Made by a program: the position numbers and the translations under genes
Assembly: GCA_947589005.1 (NCBI GenBank)
Contig: CANPZO010000006.1
Span: 19,959-83,958 of the forward strand
DNA: 64,000 nt
From: an uncultured Clostridia bacterium
GTDB taxonomy: Bacteria > Bacillota > Clostridia > UMGS1883
Direction of reading: 5' to 3'
In this document: positions 14,302-29,246 of the stretch, one piece after another
How positions within the stretch are numbered: position 1 is the stretch's first letter
Layout of the letters: each line of letters starts with the position of its first letter
The notes under the pieces: generated by a model
The model's input: only the letters and a program-made list of their open reading frames with translations
Told to the model about the DNA's origin: nothing
Database searches by the model: none

Positions 14302-14328
14302 CGGCGGCTTGAGGGCAAGCCGCCCTAC
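14302..14328 (-). repeat. REP-like element (GTAG plus hairpin)
   Basis: The reverse complement reads GTAGGGCGGCTTGCCCTCAAGCCGCCG. Confidence 0.85.
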
Positions 14329-14361
14329 GTTTATCATTTCGACTTTAGGCAAAACATGGCA

Positions 14362-14400
14362 CAAAAAAACGGCGGCTTGAGGCAAGCCGCCGTTTTTTAT
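14362..14400. terminator. bidirectional terminator of proBA, using the same stem as the REP family
   Basis: GGCGGCTTG-AGG-CAAGCCGCC flanked by A7 and T6. Confidence 0.7.
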
Positions 14401-14419
14401 CCTTTTTTAGGTTTTCAGA

Positions 14420-15670
14420 CTATTCCCGCACCTGGCCGCGGCCGAGGATTACGTATTTACAGGTCGTCAGGCCCTCCAAGCCCACGGGCCCACGGGCGTG
14501 GAGCTTTTGGGTGGATATGCCTATTTCCGCCCCGAAGCCGAACTCGCCGCCGTCGGTGAAGCGGGTGGAGGCGTTGACATACACGGCCGCCGAGTCTATC
14601 TCGTCCTGAAAACGGAGGGCGTTGTTATAATCATTCGTAACTATGCACTCGCTGTGGCCGGTGGAGTGCCCGTTGATAAAGTCTATGGCCTCGCCGATGC
14701 CGCCCACAACCTTGACCGAAAGTATATAATCCAAAAACTCGGTGTAATAGTCCTCCTCGGTGGCGGCGGAGACGCCGGGCAGAATGGCGCGGGTGCGCTC
14801 GTCGCCCCGTATCTCAACATTGTTTTTGTCGAGCAGAGCCTTCGCCATGGGCAAAAATTCCTCCGCCACGCTCTCGGCCACGACAAGGCTCTCGGCGGCG
14901 TTGCAGACCGAGGGACGGCTGCACTTGGCGTTGTATATTATCTCGGCGCCCATCTTCAAATCGGCGCTGTCGTCGATGTAAACGTGGCAGTTGCCGGTGC
15001 CGGTCTCAATCACCGGCACGGTGGCGGTCTCCACCACGGCGCGGATAAGACCCGCCCCGCCCCGAGGTATCAGCACGTCGATGTATTTGTTCATTTTCAT
15101 CATGGCGGCGGCGGTATCCCTGCCGGTGTCGCCGACAAAGCACACGCAGTCCTCGGGCAGACCGCTGTCCCCTATCGCCCGCCGCATAACGTCCGCGATG
15201 GCCTGATTTGACCTGACGGCCTCGCTGCCGCCGCGGAGGACGCAGGCGTTGCCGGATTTGAGGCAGAGGGCCGCGGCGTCGGCGGTGACGTTGGGACGGG
15301 CCTCGTATATAATGCCTATGACGCCCAGCGGCACCCGCTTTTTGCCGATAAGGAGACCGTTGGGACGGGTGACTACGCTGTCGAAGCCCCCAATCGGGTC
15401 GGGCAGGGCCGCCACCTGACGCAGACCGTCGGCCATGGCCCGAACGCGCTTTTCGTCCAGGACAAGCCGGTCGATGAGGTTCTCCCTCGTGCCCTTTTCC
15501 CTGGCGGCGGCAACGTCGAGGGCGTTGGCCGCGAGTATCTCTCCGGCGGCCGTCTCTATGGCGCCGGCCATGGTCAGCAGAGCCCTGTTTTTCCGTTCGG
15601 TCCCCGCCGTCATCAGTTGTCTCGAGGCGGCTTTCGCGGCCCCGCAAAGCTCGGTTATGTCAAACATCAC
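14420..15670 (-). CDS. proA: gamma-glutamyl phosphate reductase
   Basis: Full-length aldehyde dehydrogenase-type ProA sequence (...EARPNVT...GNCHVY...). ATGA overlap with proB. Confidence 0.9.
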   Translation of the reverse strand: MMFDITELCGAAKAASRQLMTAGTERKNRALLTMAGAIETAAGEILAANALDVAAAREKGTRENLIDRLVLDEKRVRAMADGLRQVAALPDPIGGFDSVVTRPNGLLIGKKRVPLGVIGIIYEARPNVTADAAALCLKSGNACVLRGGSEAVRSNQAIADVMRRAIGDSGLPEDCVCFVGDTGRDTAAAMMKMNKYIDVLIPRGGAGLIRAVVETATVPVIETGTGNCHVYIDDSADLKMGAEIIYNAKCSRPSVCNAAESLVVAESVAEEFLPMAKALLDKNNVEIRGDERTRAILPGVSAATEEDYYTEFLDYILSVKVVGGIGEAIDFINGHSTGHSECIVTNDYNNALRFQDEIDSAAVYVNASTRFTDGGEFGFGAEIGISTQKLHARGPVGLEGLTTCKYVILGRGQVRE

Positions 15671-16458
15671 AGCTTCCTCCCCGAAAAAAATGTGCCGACT
15701 TCTTTCCCGTCCAAAAAATCATATAGGTTTTCCGGATGCGCTCCGTTGGTAATGAGCATATCTATGCCGTTGGCCATGGCGATGCGGGCGGCCTCCAGCT
15801 TGGTCTGCATACCGCCGGTGCCGCGGCTGCTGCCCGCGCCTCCGGCCACCGCCACGATGTCATTGGTTATCTCGTCCACCCGCCGTATAAGGGCGGCGTT
15901 TTTGTCGGTGCGGGGATTGCCGGTGTAAAGGCCCTCGATGTCGCTTAAAAGCACGAGCAGATCCGCCCCGCACAGGGCCGCCACCACGGCACTGAGGGTG
16001 TCGTTGTCGCCGAAGCCGTGGACGTTCTGAATTTCGTTTATCGAAACCGAGTCGTTCTCGTTCACAATGGGAATGGCCCCCTGCTCCAGCAGGGCGCGGA
16101 AGGTACTGACGAGATTGTCCTCACGTTCGCCGCCGTCCACGTCCTCCCGTGTCAGGAGTATTTGGGCCACGATTTTATTGTATTCGGCGAACATTTTGTC
16201 GTACAGGTGCATCAGGCGGCACTGGCCCACCGCGGCGGCGGCCTGCTTGAGCCTGAGCTCCGCCGGACGGTAGGGCATTTTCAGCCTTGACACGCCCACG
16301 GCTATGGCGCCCGAGGATACCAGCACCACCTCCGCGCCGCTGTTCTTTATATCGCTTAAAACCGCGGCCAGCCGTTCCATGTTCCGCAGGTGCAGCTCGC
16401 CGTTGGGGTAAGTCAGGGTGGAGGTGCCCACCTTGACGACTATACGTTTGTAATTCAT
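15667..16458 (-). CDS. proB: glutamate 5-kinase (short form, no PUA domain)
   Basis: KRIVVKVGTSTL...VSSGAIAVG...IVNENDSV. The ATG at 16458 with a GGAG RBS is preferred. Confidence 0.9.
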   Translation of the reverse strand: MNYKRIVVKVGTSTLTYPNGELHLRNMERLAAVLSDIKNSGAEVVLVSSGAIAVGVSRLKMPYRPAELRLKQAAAAVGQCRLMHLYDKMFAEYNKIVAQILLTREDVDGGEREDNLVSTFRALLEQGAIPIVNENDSVSINEIQNVHGFGDNDTLSAVVAALCGADLLVLLSDIEGLYTGNPRTDKNAALIRRVDEITNDIVAVAGGAGSSRGTGGMQTKLEAARIAMANGIDMLITNGAHPENLYDFLDGKEVGTFFSGRKL

Positions 16459-16531
16459 AGCTTCATCTCCAAGATGTGTTTGTATAAATTTTAGCACAAA
16501 ACCGCGGCCCCGTCAAGTACGGCGGCGCAAT

Positions 16532-17680
16532 TTAAGGCTCAAATTTCCCCGCGGCGGTGGGCACGTACATAAATTCCTCGCCGCCCAGACGCCCGATGAC
16601 AAGGTTGTACACGTCGGTGCCCTTGCACTCCTGCAAGAATATCTCGTCGTTTTTCAGCGCCCCTCCCCGCGAAACCACGGGCAGCGCGGCCTTTCCGTCC
16701 GAAAGGCGCAGTATCTCCGCCCCCTTCTTGCTGAAGGCCAGAGCGCGGACATAGGTGGGCGTCCTGTAGCCCTGGTCACGGTTGCCGAGCACAAGGTTGA
16801 AAAGTATGCGCCGCAGACGGCTGTCGGCATAGGCCCGCGTATGGGCCGAGGCGATTATGCTTTTGAGGGTGTTTTCGCCCGAGGCCCTTTTCAGGCGGGC
16901 GGCTATCTCCTCGTTGCAGTCGGGCAGGCTCAAAAGCTCGTCCACGTCGGCGATTTTCAGCCGGTAGGAAATGAGCTGGTCAAAGCGGTTGCTGAACACG
17001 GGCTCGAACACCGTCGGATAGGGCACATAGCTCTCGATGCTTTCGCCGGTTTTCATGCTCTCCCGCAGGGACTTGGCGCTGGCGACGCTCTCCCCCCGCT
17101 CGTCGCTGTCGTGTCCCACCTGAGCGCGGGGCACGGTCACGGGGACGATGGGGCTTTTCGAACGCTTGACGGCCTTGAGATATTCGATGCCAAGGATGTT
17201 GTTGGGCTCGTCCAGCAAACCGGCGGTCTCCCCTATCACGGTCTCCGCCGCGGCCTTTCGTGCGGCGGCGAAGCCTATGCCGCTGCGGAGATTTTCGTCA
17301 AGGGCGGCCTTGAACTCCTCCGGCTCCTCGAGCAGCACGTCGGCGATAAGGTCAAGTCCCTCAAGCCGCCCCGCCTCGGAGCCGAACCACAGCTCGTCTA
17401 TGACCCCGAAGGCCGTCAGGGTGTCCACGGCCCCCCGGGCAAAATATTCCGCCGAGGCCAGCGAGTATATAAGCGGCAGCTCGAGCACCAGGTCCACCCC
17501 GCACTGGACCGCTACACGGGCGCGGGTGAATTTGTCGTAAACCGAACACCCGCCCCTCTGGACATAGTTGCCGCTCATTATCGCCACGGCGGTTCCTCCG
17601 TTTTTCCTCATAAGGTCTACGAGATGCTTGTGGCCGTTGTGGAAAGGGTTGAACTCCGCGACAGTCGCTCTTATTGTCAT
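16532..17680 (-). CDS. tmcAL: tRNA(Met) cytidine acetate ligase (YlbM/UPF0348 nucleotidyltransferase family)
   Basis: N-terminal AEFNPFHNGHKHLV motif and a length of ~380 aa. Confidence 0.75.
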   Translation of the reverse strand: MTIRATVAEFNPFHNGHKHLVDLMRKNGGTAVAIMSGNYVQRGGCSVYDKFTRARVAVQCGVDLVLELPLIYSLASAEYFARGAVDTLTAFGVIDELWFGSEAGRLEGLDLIADVLLEEPEEFKAALDENLRSGIGFAAARKAAAETVIGETAGLLDEPNNILGIEYLKAVKRSKSPIVPVTVPRAQVGHDSDERGESVASAKSLRESMKTGESIESYVPYPTVFEPVFSNRFDQLISYRLKIADVDELLSLPDCNEEIAARLKRASGENTLKSIIASAHTRAYADSRLRRILFNLVLGNRDQGYRTPTYVRALAFSKKGAEILRLSDGKAALPVVSRGGALKNDEIFLQECKGTDVYNLVIGRLGGEEFMYVPTAAGKFEP

Positions 17681-17720
17681 AAAACATTCACTCCTATGTT
17701 AAAAAAATCTGAAAAGGGTA

Positions 17721-17749
17721 TTGAAATCTTAAAAAAACTGTTATATAAT
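17721..17749 (+). promoter_or_regulatory. promoter TTGAAA-17-TATAAT for pta-ackA
   Basis: -35 at 17721-17726 and -10 at 17744-17749. Confidence 0.55.
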
Positions 17750-17787
17750 GGAAACATAACAAAATATATTATTGGAGGCGTATTTAC

Positions 17788-18789
17788 ATGAATTTCCTTG
17801 AAAATGTCATCGCTCGTGCCAAGTCTGACAAGAAAACCATCGTCCTTGCCGAGGGTAACGACATCCGCACCATCCGCGCGGCAGCGTCCGCTCTCGAGCA
17901 GGGCATCGCCCACATTATTATTTTAGGCGATATTGATGAAATTTGCAAGATGGCAAATGAAGAAAATTTAAATATTTCTGAGGCGACGCTCATCGACCCG
18001 GTAAAAGATGAGAGATTTAACGATTTTGCGGACAAGTTTTACGAGATGCGCAAGGCCAAGGGCATGACTCCCGAGAAGGCCGTCGAGACAATGAAGAACA
18101 CTTTGTACTTCGGCTGCATGATGGTGAAGCTGGATTATGCCGACGGCATGGTCGCCGGCGCCTGCCACGCTTCGGCCGACGTGCTCCGCGCCGCGTTACA
18201 GATAGTCCGCACCGCCCCCGGTACGAAGCTGGTTTCCACCTTCTTCATCGAGTGCGTGCCCAACTGTGAGTTCGGCGAGGAGGGCGTGTTCCTGTTTGCC
18301 GACTGCGCCCTTAACGAAAATCCCGACGCCGAGCAGCTCAGCGAGATAGCCGTTTCCTCCGCAAGGAGCTTCAAGGCCCTTCTCGACAGAGAGCCCCGCG
18401 TGGCCATGACCAGCTATTCCTCTTACGGCAGCGCCAAGAGCGAGATGGTGGACAAGGTAAAGCTGGCCACACAGCTCGCCAAGGAAAAGGCCCCCGAGCT
18501 GGTGCTGGACGGCGAGCTTCAGGCCGACGCGTCCATCGTTCCCAGCGTGGGCGCCTCCAAGGCTCCCGGCAGCCCCGTCGCCGGCAAGGCCAACGTGCTT
18601 ATCTTCCCCGACATCAACGTGGGCAACATCTGCTACAAGCTGGTTGAGCGCCTCGCCAAGGCCGAAGCCTACGGTCCCGTCACCCAGGGCATAGCCAAGC
18701 CCGTAAACGACCTGTCCAGGGGCTGCAAGGCCGAGGACATCGTGGGCGTTATCGCCATAACCTGCGTACAGGCACAGGCCAACAGGTAA
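17788..18789 (+). CDS. pta: phosphate acetyltransferase
   Basis: Typical Pta sequence (...VSTFFIE...[13 protein letters not shown]...DLSRGC). Confidence 0.9.
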   Translation: MNFLENVIARAKSDKKTIVLAEGNDIRTIRAAASALEQGIAHIIILGDIDEICKMANEENLNISEATLIDPVKDERFNDFADKFYEMRKAKGMTPEKAVETMKNTLYFGCMMVKLDYADGMVAGACHASADVLRAALQIVRTAPGTKLVSTFFIECVPNCEFGEEGVFLFADCALNENPDAEQLSEIAVSSARSFKALLDREPRVAMTSYSSYGSAKSEMVDKVKLATQLAKEKAPELVLDGELQADASIVPSVGASKAPGSPVAGKANVLIFPDINVGNICYKLVERLAKAEAYGPVTQGIAKPVNDLSRGCKAEDIVGVIAITCVQAQANR

Positions 18790-18802
18790 GAGGGGTAGCG
18801 AC

Positions 18803-19999
18803 ATGAAAATTCTTGTTATCAACGCGGGCAGCTCCTCGCTCAAGTATCAGCTCATAGATATGGAGCGCAAGCTCGTTATGGCCAAGGGCCTCTGCGAAAG
18901 GATAGGCATCGACGGCAGCCGCCTCAAGCACACTCCCGCCGGTAAGGAGGCCGTCGTTATCGACAGTCCCATGCCCACCCACGCCGACGCCATCACTCTG
19001 GTAATAGACGCCCTTGTAAGCCCCGTCCACGGAGTTATCGCCTCCATGGACGAGATAGGGGCCGTCGGACACAGAGTAGTACACGGCGGCGAGAGCTTCA
19101 GCGAGAGCGTCGTCATCGACAAAAAGGTCAAGGACGGCATCAGGGAGTGCATAGACCTGGCTCCCCTCCACAACCCCGCCAACCTTATCGGCATCGAAGC
19201 CTGTGAAAAGGTAATGCCCGGCGTGCCCCAGGTGGCGGTGTTCGACACGGCCTTCCACCAGACCATGCCCGCCAAGGCTTATCTCTACGGCCTGCCCTAC
19301 GAGTATTACCAGAAATACAAGGTGCGCCGCTACGGTTTCCACGGCACGAGCCACAAGTATGTGTCTCAGCGCGCCGCCGAAATGCTGGGCAAGCCTCTTT
19401 CCGAGCTTAAGATAATCACCTGTCACCTGGGCAACGGCTCCAGCGTGGCCGCCATCGACCGCGGCAAGGTAGTGGACACCTCCATGGGTCTCACCCCTCT
19501 GGCCGGCGTTATAATGGGTACCCGCTGCGGCGACATCGACCCCGCCATCGTCACCTTTATGATGGAAAAGGAGGGCCTTGACCCCAAGGCCATGGACAAC
19601 GTAATGAACAAGCAGAGCGGCGTCCTTGGCATAAGCGGCATTTCCAGCGACTTCCGCGACCTTTTGGCCGCCGCCGACGAGGGTAACGAGCGGGCCAAAA
19701 CCGCCCTTGATATGTTCTTCTATACGGTAAAGAAGTTCGTGGGCAGCTACGCCGCCGTAATGGGCGGAGTGGACGCCATAGTATTCACCGCCGGCGTCGG
19801 CGAGAACAACGCTCCCTGCCGCGCCGCCGTGACCGCCACCCTCGGCTACATGGGCGTGGCCATAGACCCCGCCCTCAACGAGCAGCGCGGCGGCGACCGG
19901 GATATTTCCGCCCCCGGCGCCAAGGTGCGCACCCTTGTTATCCCCACCGACGAGGAAATGATGATAGCCCTCGACACCCAGCGGCTCACATCTAAATAA
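18803..19999 (+). CDS. ackA: acetate kinase
   Basis: [17 protein letters not shown]...HRVVHGG...[10 protein letters not shown]. Confidence 0.95.
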   Translation: MKILVINAGSSSLKYQLIDMERKLVMAKGLCERIGIDGSRLKHTPAGKEAVVIDSPMPTHADAITLVIDALVSPVHGVIASMDEIGAVGHRVVHGGESFSESVVIDKKVKDGIRECIDLAPLHNPANLIGIEACEKVMPGVPQVAVFDTAFHQTMPAKAYLYGLPYEYYQKYKVRRYGFHGTSHKYVSQRAAEMLGKPLSELKIITCHLGNGSSVAAIDRGKVVDTSMGLTPLAGVIMGTRCGDIDPAIVTFMMEKEGLDPKAMDNVMNKQSGVLGISGISSDFRDLLAAADEGNERAKTALDMFFYTVKKFVGSYAAVMGGVDAIVFTAGVGENNAPCRAAVTATLGYMGVAIDPALNEQRGGDRDISAPGAKVRTLVIPTDEEMMIALDTQRLTSK

Positions 20000-20032
20000 A
20001 CCGGCTTATTGCCGCGTAAAAATACACTGCGC

Positions 20033-20075
20033 AAAAAAGCAGGAGACCCGTTTATATAGGCGGATCTCCTGCTTT

Positions 20076-20078
<3 letters not shown>
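20033..20078. terminator. bidirectional terminator between ackA and the GH2 gene
   Basis: AGCAGGAGA (20038-20046) pairs with TCTCCTGCT (20065-20073), flanked by A-run and T-run. Confidence 0.7.
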
Positions 20079-24503
<4,425 letters not shown>

Positions 24504-24540
24504 AAGATTAAATCCTAATAATTAAATTGTGAAAGGGGAA

Positions 24541-25089
24541 ATGAAAATGAAAGAGTCCAAGTACGCGGGCACCCAGACCGAGAAAAACCTTCAGGCCGCC
24601 TTCGCCGGCGAGTCCCAGGCCCGTAACAAGTACACCTATTTTGCCTCCGTGGCCAAGAAGGAGGGCTATGAGCAGATATCCGCCCTCTTCCTCAAAACCG
24701 CCGACAACGAGAAGGAGCACGCCAAGCTCTGGCTTAAGGAGCTTCAGGGCATAGGCAATACTTCCGAAAATCTGGCCGAGGCCGCCGACGGCGAAAACTA
24801 CGAGTGGACGGATATGTACGCCGGCTTTGCGGACACCGCCGAGGCCGAGGGCTTCCACGAGCTCGCGGCAAAGTTCCGCATGGTGGCCGCCATCGAAAAG
24901 CACCACGAGGAGCGTTACCGCGCCCTGCTCAAGAACATCGAGACCGCGCAGGTGTTTGAAAAGAGCGAGGTCAAGGTTTGGGAATGTCGCAACTGCGGTC
25001 ACATCATCGTCGGCACCAAGGCGCCCGAGGTTTGTCCCGTCTGCGCCCACCCCAAGAGCTTCTTCGAGCTGCACGCCGAAAATTACTGA
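24541..25089 (+). CDS. rbr: rubrerythrin
   Basis: Ferritin-like [18 protein letters not shown]... plus a C-terminal rubredoxin CRNCGH...CPVC. Confidence 0.9.
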   Translation: MKMKESKYAGTQTEKNLQAAFAGESQARNKYTYFASVAKKEGYEQISALFLKTADNEKEHAKLWLKELQGIGNTSENLAEAADGENYEWTDMYAGFADTAEAEGFHELAAKFRMVAAIEKHHEERYRALLKNIETAQVFEKSEVKVWECRNCGHIIVGTKAPEVCPVCAHPKSFFELHAENY

Positions 25090-25100
25090 TACGCTGTTAA

Positions 25101-25134
25101 AAAGGGGGCGCCGGTCGGTCCGGAGCCCCCTTTT
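25101..25134 (+). terminator. intrinsic terminator
   Basis: GGGGGC...GCCCCC stem followed by TTTT. Confidence 0.7.
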
Positions 25135-25158
25135 GGCAAACTTTTTTTGAAAAAAATA

Positions 25159-25187
25159 TTGACAAAATTCAAATTTTGTATTATACT
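25159..25187 (+). promoter_or_regulatory. promoter TTGACA-17-TATACT for yceD-rpmF
   Basis: -35 at 25159-25164 and -10 at 25182-25187. Confidence 0.55.
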
Positions 25188-25222
25188 TAGTTAGTGTGTT
25201 GTTAAGCACAGGGGGAATGGCT

Positions 25223-25714
25223 ATGAAGCTCAACATCGGTCCCATACTTAAGAACGAGGGTTCGATTTTGAATATTGATATTGAAACGGAGACCGGCCCT
25301 CTCGAATACTTGGGCAACACCTTTGTTTTTGACGGGCCTTTAAAGGTGACCGGAGGGATAAGGAGCATCGGCGGCATACTGGAGCTCAGCGGCGCCGTCA
25401 GCGGCAGCTACTCCACCACCTGCTGCTCCTGCGGGAAGGCCGTCAAGGGCCGTCTTGAGGTTCCCTTCGACGAGACGGTAAACGGCGAGACCGAGGATTT
25501 CGATTCGGAGTGCTTTGCGCTCAACGGTCCGACATTGGACATTTCCGGCCTTATAAACGCGCTTGTTTGGGGAAATCTTCCCATGCGCCCTCTGTGCCGG
25601 GAGGACTGTAAGGGTCTGTGCAGCGTCTGCGGCTGTGACCTGAACGAAAAAGTTTGTAATTGCGACCGCACGGTCTATGACCCGAGGCTCGCTATTCTAA
25701 GAGAGCGGCATTAG
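25223..25714 (+). CDS. yceD: YceD/DUF177 family protein
   Basis: C-terminal CREDCKGLCSVCGCDLN motif and conserved position directly upstream of rpmF. Confidence 0.8.
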   Translation: MKLNIGPILKNEGSILNIDIETETGPLEYLGNTFVFDGPLKVTGGIRSIGGILELSGAVSGSYSTTCCSCGKAVKGRLEVPFDETVNGETEDFDSECFALNGPTLDISGLINALVWGNLPMRPLCREDCKGLCSVCGCDLNEKVCNCDRTVYDPRLAILRERH

Positions 25715-25754
25715 TGGCTCTTTTTATAAATACTTAACAGCGAGGTGTTAAAGA

Positions 25755-25937
25755 ATGGCAGTTCCCAAGAGAAAAACTTCAAAGGCGAGAAAGCATTTAA
25801 GACGCGCGAACTGGAAGCTCAGCGTACCCGGCATGGTAAAGTGCCCCAACTGCGGCGAGCTTATCAAGTCCCATGTGGTTTGCAAGCACTGCGGATATTA
25901 CAAGGGCGTTCAGGTCGTTGCCAAGAAGGAAGCCTAA
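25755..25937 (+). CDS. rpmF: 50S ribosomal protein L32
   Basis: [13 protein letters not shown]...CPNCGE...CKHCGYY. Confidence 0.95.
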   Translation: MAVPKRKTSKARKHLRRANWKLSVPGMVKCPNCGELIKSHVVCKHCGYYKGVQVVAKKEA

Positions 25938-26025
25938 GCCGTTTATCCGGATTTGCTTTCATGGGTCTCCGTCCGGGCCGGCGCTCAGCCGCCCGGATGG
26001 AATATGACCGTCCTCCGTGAAATAC

Positions 26026-26100
26026 GCTCCCATAGTTAAGTGGATATAATAAGCCCCTCCTAAGGGCTAGTCGCGCGTTCGACTCGCGCTGGGAGTGCCA
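26026..26100 (+). tRNA. tRNA-Arg (anticodon CCU)
   Basis: Hand-folded. Anticodon loop CTCCTAA, T-arm GCGCG-TTCGACT-CGCGC, CCA encoded. Confidence 0.85.
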
Positions 26101-26104
26101 AAAG

Positions 26105-26126
26105 CACCGCGCTTGCGGTGTTTTTT
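26105..26126 (+). terminator. intrinsic terminator
   Basis: CACCGC-GCTT-GCGGTG followed by T6. Confidence 0.7.
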
Positions 26127-26148
26127 GTTTTTCTTGAGCGCCTAAAAA

Positions 26149-26182
26149 GCAAAAAACTCCGAGAACTTCCCGGAGTTTTTTG
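26149..26182. terminator. bidirectional terminator (SASP gene side)
   Basis: AACTCCG...CGGAGTT stem flanked by A6 and T6. Confidence 0.6.
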
Positions 26183-26203
26183 CTTTCAGTAAAGCCGAAG
26201 CCC

Positions 26204-26398
26204 TTACTTCATCTGGTTTTCCATGTCGCTGATCATCTTTTTGACCATCTGACCGCCGACGCTGCCGTTCTCCTTGGAGGTCTTGTCGCCGTTGTAGCCC
26301 TCCTTAAGGTCTACGCCGACCTCCTGGGCGGCCTCCATCTTGAACTTATTCATAGCCTGCTTTGCCTCGGGAACGAGGTTTTTGTTGTTTCTGCTCAT
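26204..26398 (-). CDS. alpha/beta-type small acid-soluble spore protein
   Basis: NKNLVPEAKQAMNKFKMEAAQEVGV...GSVGGQMVKKMI is the classic SASP pattern. Confidence 0.9.
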   Translation of the reverse strand: MSRNNKNLVPEAKQAMNKFKMEAAQEVGVDLKEGYNGDKTSKENGSVGGQMVKKMISDMENQMK

Positions 26399-26471
26399 TT
26401 TGATTTTCTCCTTAAAATTAAGTTTTCCTATTGGGTACAGAGATAGTTTGAGCAGAATAAGGACGGTTTAT

Positions 26472-27077
26472 TCAAGCTATTTTTTCAATTTTTGTTATCG
26501 AAAGCTCGTAGGCGGTGCGGGTCTCGCTTTCGGTGTCGCTGAGGCGCTTGACATACTCCCGGGACTGAAGGCGGCCCCATATCTGTACGTTGGCCCCCAC
26601 CTCGAGCTTTTCCGCGAACACGGCGTTGCGGCCCCAGGCGATGGCCGGTATATAGTCGGAACGGTTGAAAGCGCGGTTCACCGCCACTATCAAATCAGTT
26701 ATCTCCCGTCCGAAAGGGGTCTTGCGGTAGACGGGGCTTTTGCATATGAAGCCGTTTATAAAAATTTCGTTGGGATTTTCGCCGGTGCCTATCTCGGCCA
26801 AATCCACGGACTTTACGAATATCGTGAGGACAAGGTGGGTGCCGGTATCGCTGAACTTGTTATATGAACGGAGCTGGCCCACGACCTTCACCTTGACGCC
26901 GTCCCGGAGCCAGGGGCACATGAGCTTTTCCGAAACCGTCACCGGCAGCACGTCGTCCACCTGGCTGAGCCGGGGCACACGCACCATAAAGCGGTAAAAA
27001 TCCTCGTCCATGACCCGATGGCTGAACACGGGCTCTCCCTCGACATAGCCTATCACCGATATATTATTGTTTTCCAC
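26472..27077 (-). CDS. tandem OB-fold, SSB-like protein
   Basis: Two OB-like halves (VKVVGQLRSYNK... and ANVQIWGRLQSREY...). The start is uncertain. GTG 27077 has an AAGGAG RBS at 9-nt spacing, while the ORF track extends to 27122. Confidence 0.45.
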   Translation of the reverse strand: MENNNISVIGYVEGEPVFSHRVMDEDFYRFMVRVPRLSQVDDVLPVTVSEKLMCPWLRDGVKVKVVGQLRSYNKFSDTGTHLVLTIFVKSVDLAEIGTGENPNEIFINGFICKSPVYRKTPFGREITDLIVAVNRAFNRSDYIPAIAWGRNAVFAEKLEVGANVQIWGRLQSREYVKRLSDTESETRTAYELSITKIEKIA

Positions 27078-27190
27078 TATCAGCATCTCCTTTATATGTA
27101 AGCATCGTTTTTCTAAAACCATTATATTAGATACGCCGCCGGTATATTCCTCAAAAAGGGCGAATATATAATAATCATGGGGTGTTGATT

Positions 27191-27919
27191 ATGTTTGTGG
27201 TATTAAAAAAGAGGACGGTAATACTGGCGGGTCTGATGCTCATATCGGCGGCGGTGCTCTCCATGGCGCTGGTAAGGCGCGACGTGCCGATATTTTCCAA
27301 GTCCAACGGGCGGATAATAGTGCTGGACGCCGGACACGGCGACCCGGACGGCGGAGCCGTGAGCCGCAGAGGAACCGTGGAGAGCGAGCTTAATTTAAGA
27401 GTGGCAAAGCTTGTGAAGAAGGAGCTCGAAAGCCGGGGATACAAGGTGATAATGACCCGAAAGGACGAGAACGGCCTGCAAACCGACGCCGACAAGTCCA
27501 TAAGGGCCAAAAAGAAAGAGGATATGAACAAGCGCCTTGAGATAGCCAACGGCTCCAAGGCCGACCTGTTCATAAGCATACATATGAATTTGTTCGAAAA
27601 TGAAAAGTACCGCGGCGCGGAGGTGCTGTACTCGGACAAATTTGAGAACTCCCTGCTGCTGGCCGAGCTGGTGCAGGCCGAGCTGGTGGCTCTCGACCCG
27701 AAGAACCAGACCCGCACCGTCAAAAAGAGCGACGGAAGCATCTTTCTCCTGAAAAACGCCGAGATACCGGCGGTGCTTGTCGAGTGCGGCTTTTTGTCCA
27801 ACCCCGAGGAGGAAAAGCTGCTCAAGACCGACGGCTACCGCAAAAAGGTGGCGGGGGCCATCTGCGACGGGGTGGACAAATACTATGAAAGCATACAGGA
27901 AAGGGTGAAGGAGCTTTGA
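27191..27919 (+). CDS. cwlD: germination-specific N-acetylmuramoyl-L-alanine amidase
   Basis: VLDAGHGDPDGGA...SIHMN...VLVECGFLSNPEE. N-terminal TM segment. Confidence 0.85.
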   Translation: MFVVLKKRTVILAGLMLISAAVLSMALVRRDVPIFSKSNGRIIVLDAGHGDPDGGAVSRRGTVESELNLRVAKLVKKELESRGYKVIMTRKDENGLQTDADKSIRAKKKEDMNKRLEIANGSKADLFISIHMNLFENEKYRGAEVLYSDKFENSLLLAELVQAELVALDPKNQTRTVKKSDGSIFLLKNAEIPAVLVECGFLSNPEEEKLLKTDGYRKKVAGAICDGVDKYYESIQERVKEL

Positions 27920-28677
27920 AAATTTTTGTTGTTGACAAATACGCCGTCATCACGGCGGTGCTGATACTGGCCCTTGTGGCGGCGGCCGTGCCCGTTACCC
28001 ACATGGCGTTGGAGACCTCGGCCTCTCAAAAGCCGCTGCCCATATACAGCGTGGAGCGGCCGGACAAAAAAATATCCGTGACCTTCGACTGCGCCTGGGG
28101 CGCGGACGACGTGGACGCCATAATCGCCGCCCTGAAGGAGCACAACTGCAAGGCTACCTTCTTCGTGCTCGGTTCATGGGCGGAAAAGTACCCCGACGCG
28201 GTGAAAAAGCTCAGCGACGCGGGGCACGAGATAGCCGGTCACAGCTATGACCATACATATTATACCCGTCTTTCGCCGGAAGAAATACTGAGCGATATGG
28301 AAAAATGCGACCTGGCCATAGAAAAGGCGGCGGGCAAAAGGAGCGACCTTTTCCGCGTGCCCGCCGGGGACTATAACGACAGCGTGATAAACACGGTCAT
28401 GGGGTCCGGCAGGTTCTGCATCCAGTGGGACGCCGACAGCCTTGACTACCGCGACCTGAGCGAGAGCGAAATGGAGGAGCGCATCATGTCCAAGGTCGGC
28501 GGCGGCAGCATAATCCTGTTCCACGTCGGGACCAAAAACACCGCCTCCGCCCTTTCGCCTATCCTCACCAGGCTGGAAAAGGAGGGCTACGGCTTTTGTC
28601 CCGTGGGCGAGCTGATATACCGCGACAGCTACTCCATCGACCACACCGGCCGTCAGTCGGCTCTTCCCCGAGGCTGA
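27916..28677 (+). CDS. polysaccharide deacetylase family protein (PdaA/PdaB-like, spore cortex)
   Basis: NodB-type motifs TFDCAWG, GHSYDH and LFHVG. TTGA overlap with cwlD. Confidence 0.75.
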   Translation: MKIFVVDKYAVITAVLILALVAAAVPVTHMALETSASQKPLPIYSVERPDKKISVTFDCAWGADDVDAIIAALKEHNCKATFFVLGSWAEKYPDAVKKLSDAGHEIAGHSYDHTYYTRLSPEEILSDMEKCDLAIEKAAGKRSDLFRVPAGDYNDSVINTVMGSGRFCIQWDADSLDYRDLSESEMEERIMSKVGGGSIILFHVGTKNTASALSPILTRLEKEGYGFCPVGELIYRDSYSIDHTGRQSALPRG

Positions 28678-28688
28678 GGGCGGCGGGG

Positions 28689-29171
28689 CTAAAGTATTTT
28701 CTCCATTCCTATTTTTTGAGGCACAAGGCCACGGCTCTGATAAAAGGCCATGGCGCCGGGGTTGCAGGCCCAGACGTTGAGGGTCACGTTGTAACAGCCC
28801 TCGCCGCGGGCATAGTCCAGAACATAGTCGTAAAGGGCGCTGCCCACGTGCTTGCCCCGCACGGTCTCGTCAACGCAGAGGTCGTCGATATACAGGGTCT
28901 TTATGTCGGTGAGGATATTGTCCTCAAGGTGCTGTACAAACACGCAGAAGGCATATCCCGCCACGTAACCGTTTTCGTCCTCGGCCACGAAGATGGGGCG
29001 GCCGTCGTCGGCGATGAGGTCCTTAAGCTCCTTATCGGTGTACTTGCGGCAGTTCGCCTTGAACAAATCCGGCCTGCCGTTGTGGTGGACCGTAAGCACC
29101 TGATTTAAAAGGTCTATTATGCGGGGCATATCCTTTGCCTCCGCCCTGCGGATAGTGAGATTGTTCATCAA
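28689..29171 (-). CDS. GNAT family N-acetyltransferase
   Basis: The VRGKHVGSALY acetyl-CoA binding-type motif. 160 aa. Confidence 0.8.
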   Translation of the reverse strand: MMNNLTIRRAEAKDMPRIIDLLNQVLTVHHNGRPDLFKANCRKYTDKELKDLIADDGRPIFVAEDENGYVAGYAFCVFVQHLEDNILTDIKTLYIDDLCVDETVRGKHVGSALYDYVLDYARGEGCYNVTLNVWACNPGAMAFYQSRGLVPQKIGMEKIL

Positions 29172-29246
29172 ATATTTTCCTTTCGGGATTTCGGGATTTA
29201 TAAAATGGGCTGTCAGATACAGCCCATTTTATCGTTGTCCAATAGT

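Noticed and set aside
14136-14318. An Arg-rich ~60-codon ORF starting at ATG 14136, just downstream of the switch promoter.
   Set aside because: It has no RBS, highly basic low-complexity sequence, and runs through IRR and a REP. More likely it is an untranslated RNA made in the present promoter orientation.
14107-14559. A 150-aa ORF spanning the switch region, the REP and the proA 3' end. ORF 7596-7805 shows the same RRLEGKPPY peptide.
   Set aside because: The recurring peptide is the REP hairpin translated. The ORFs cross terminators and overlap proA, so they are not genes.
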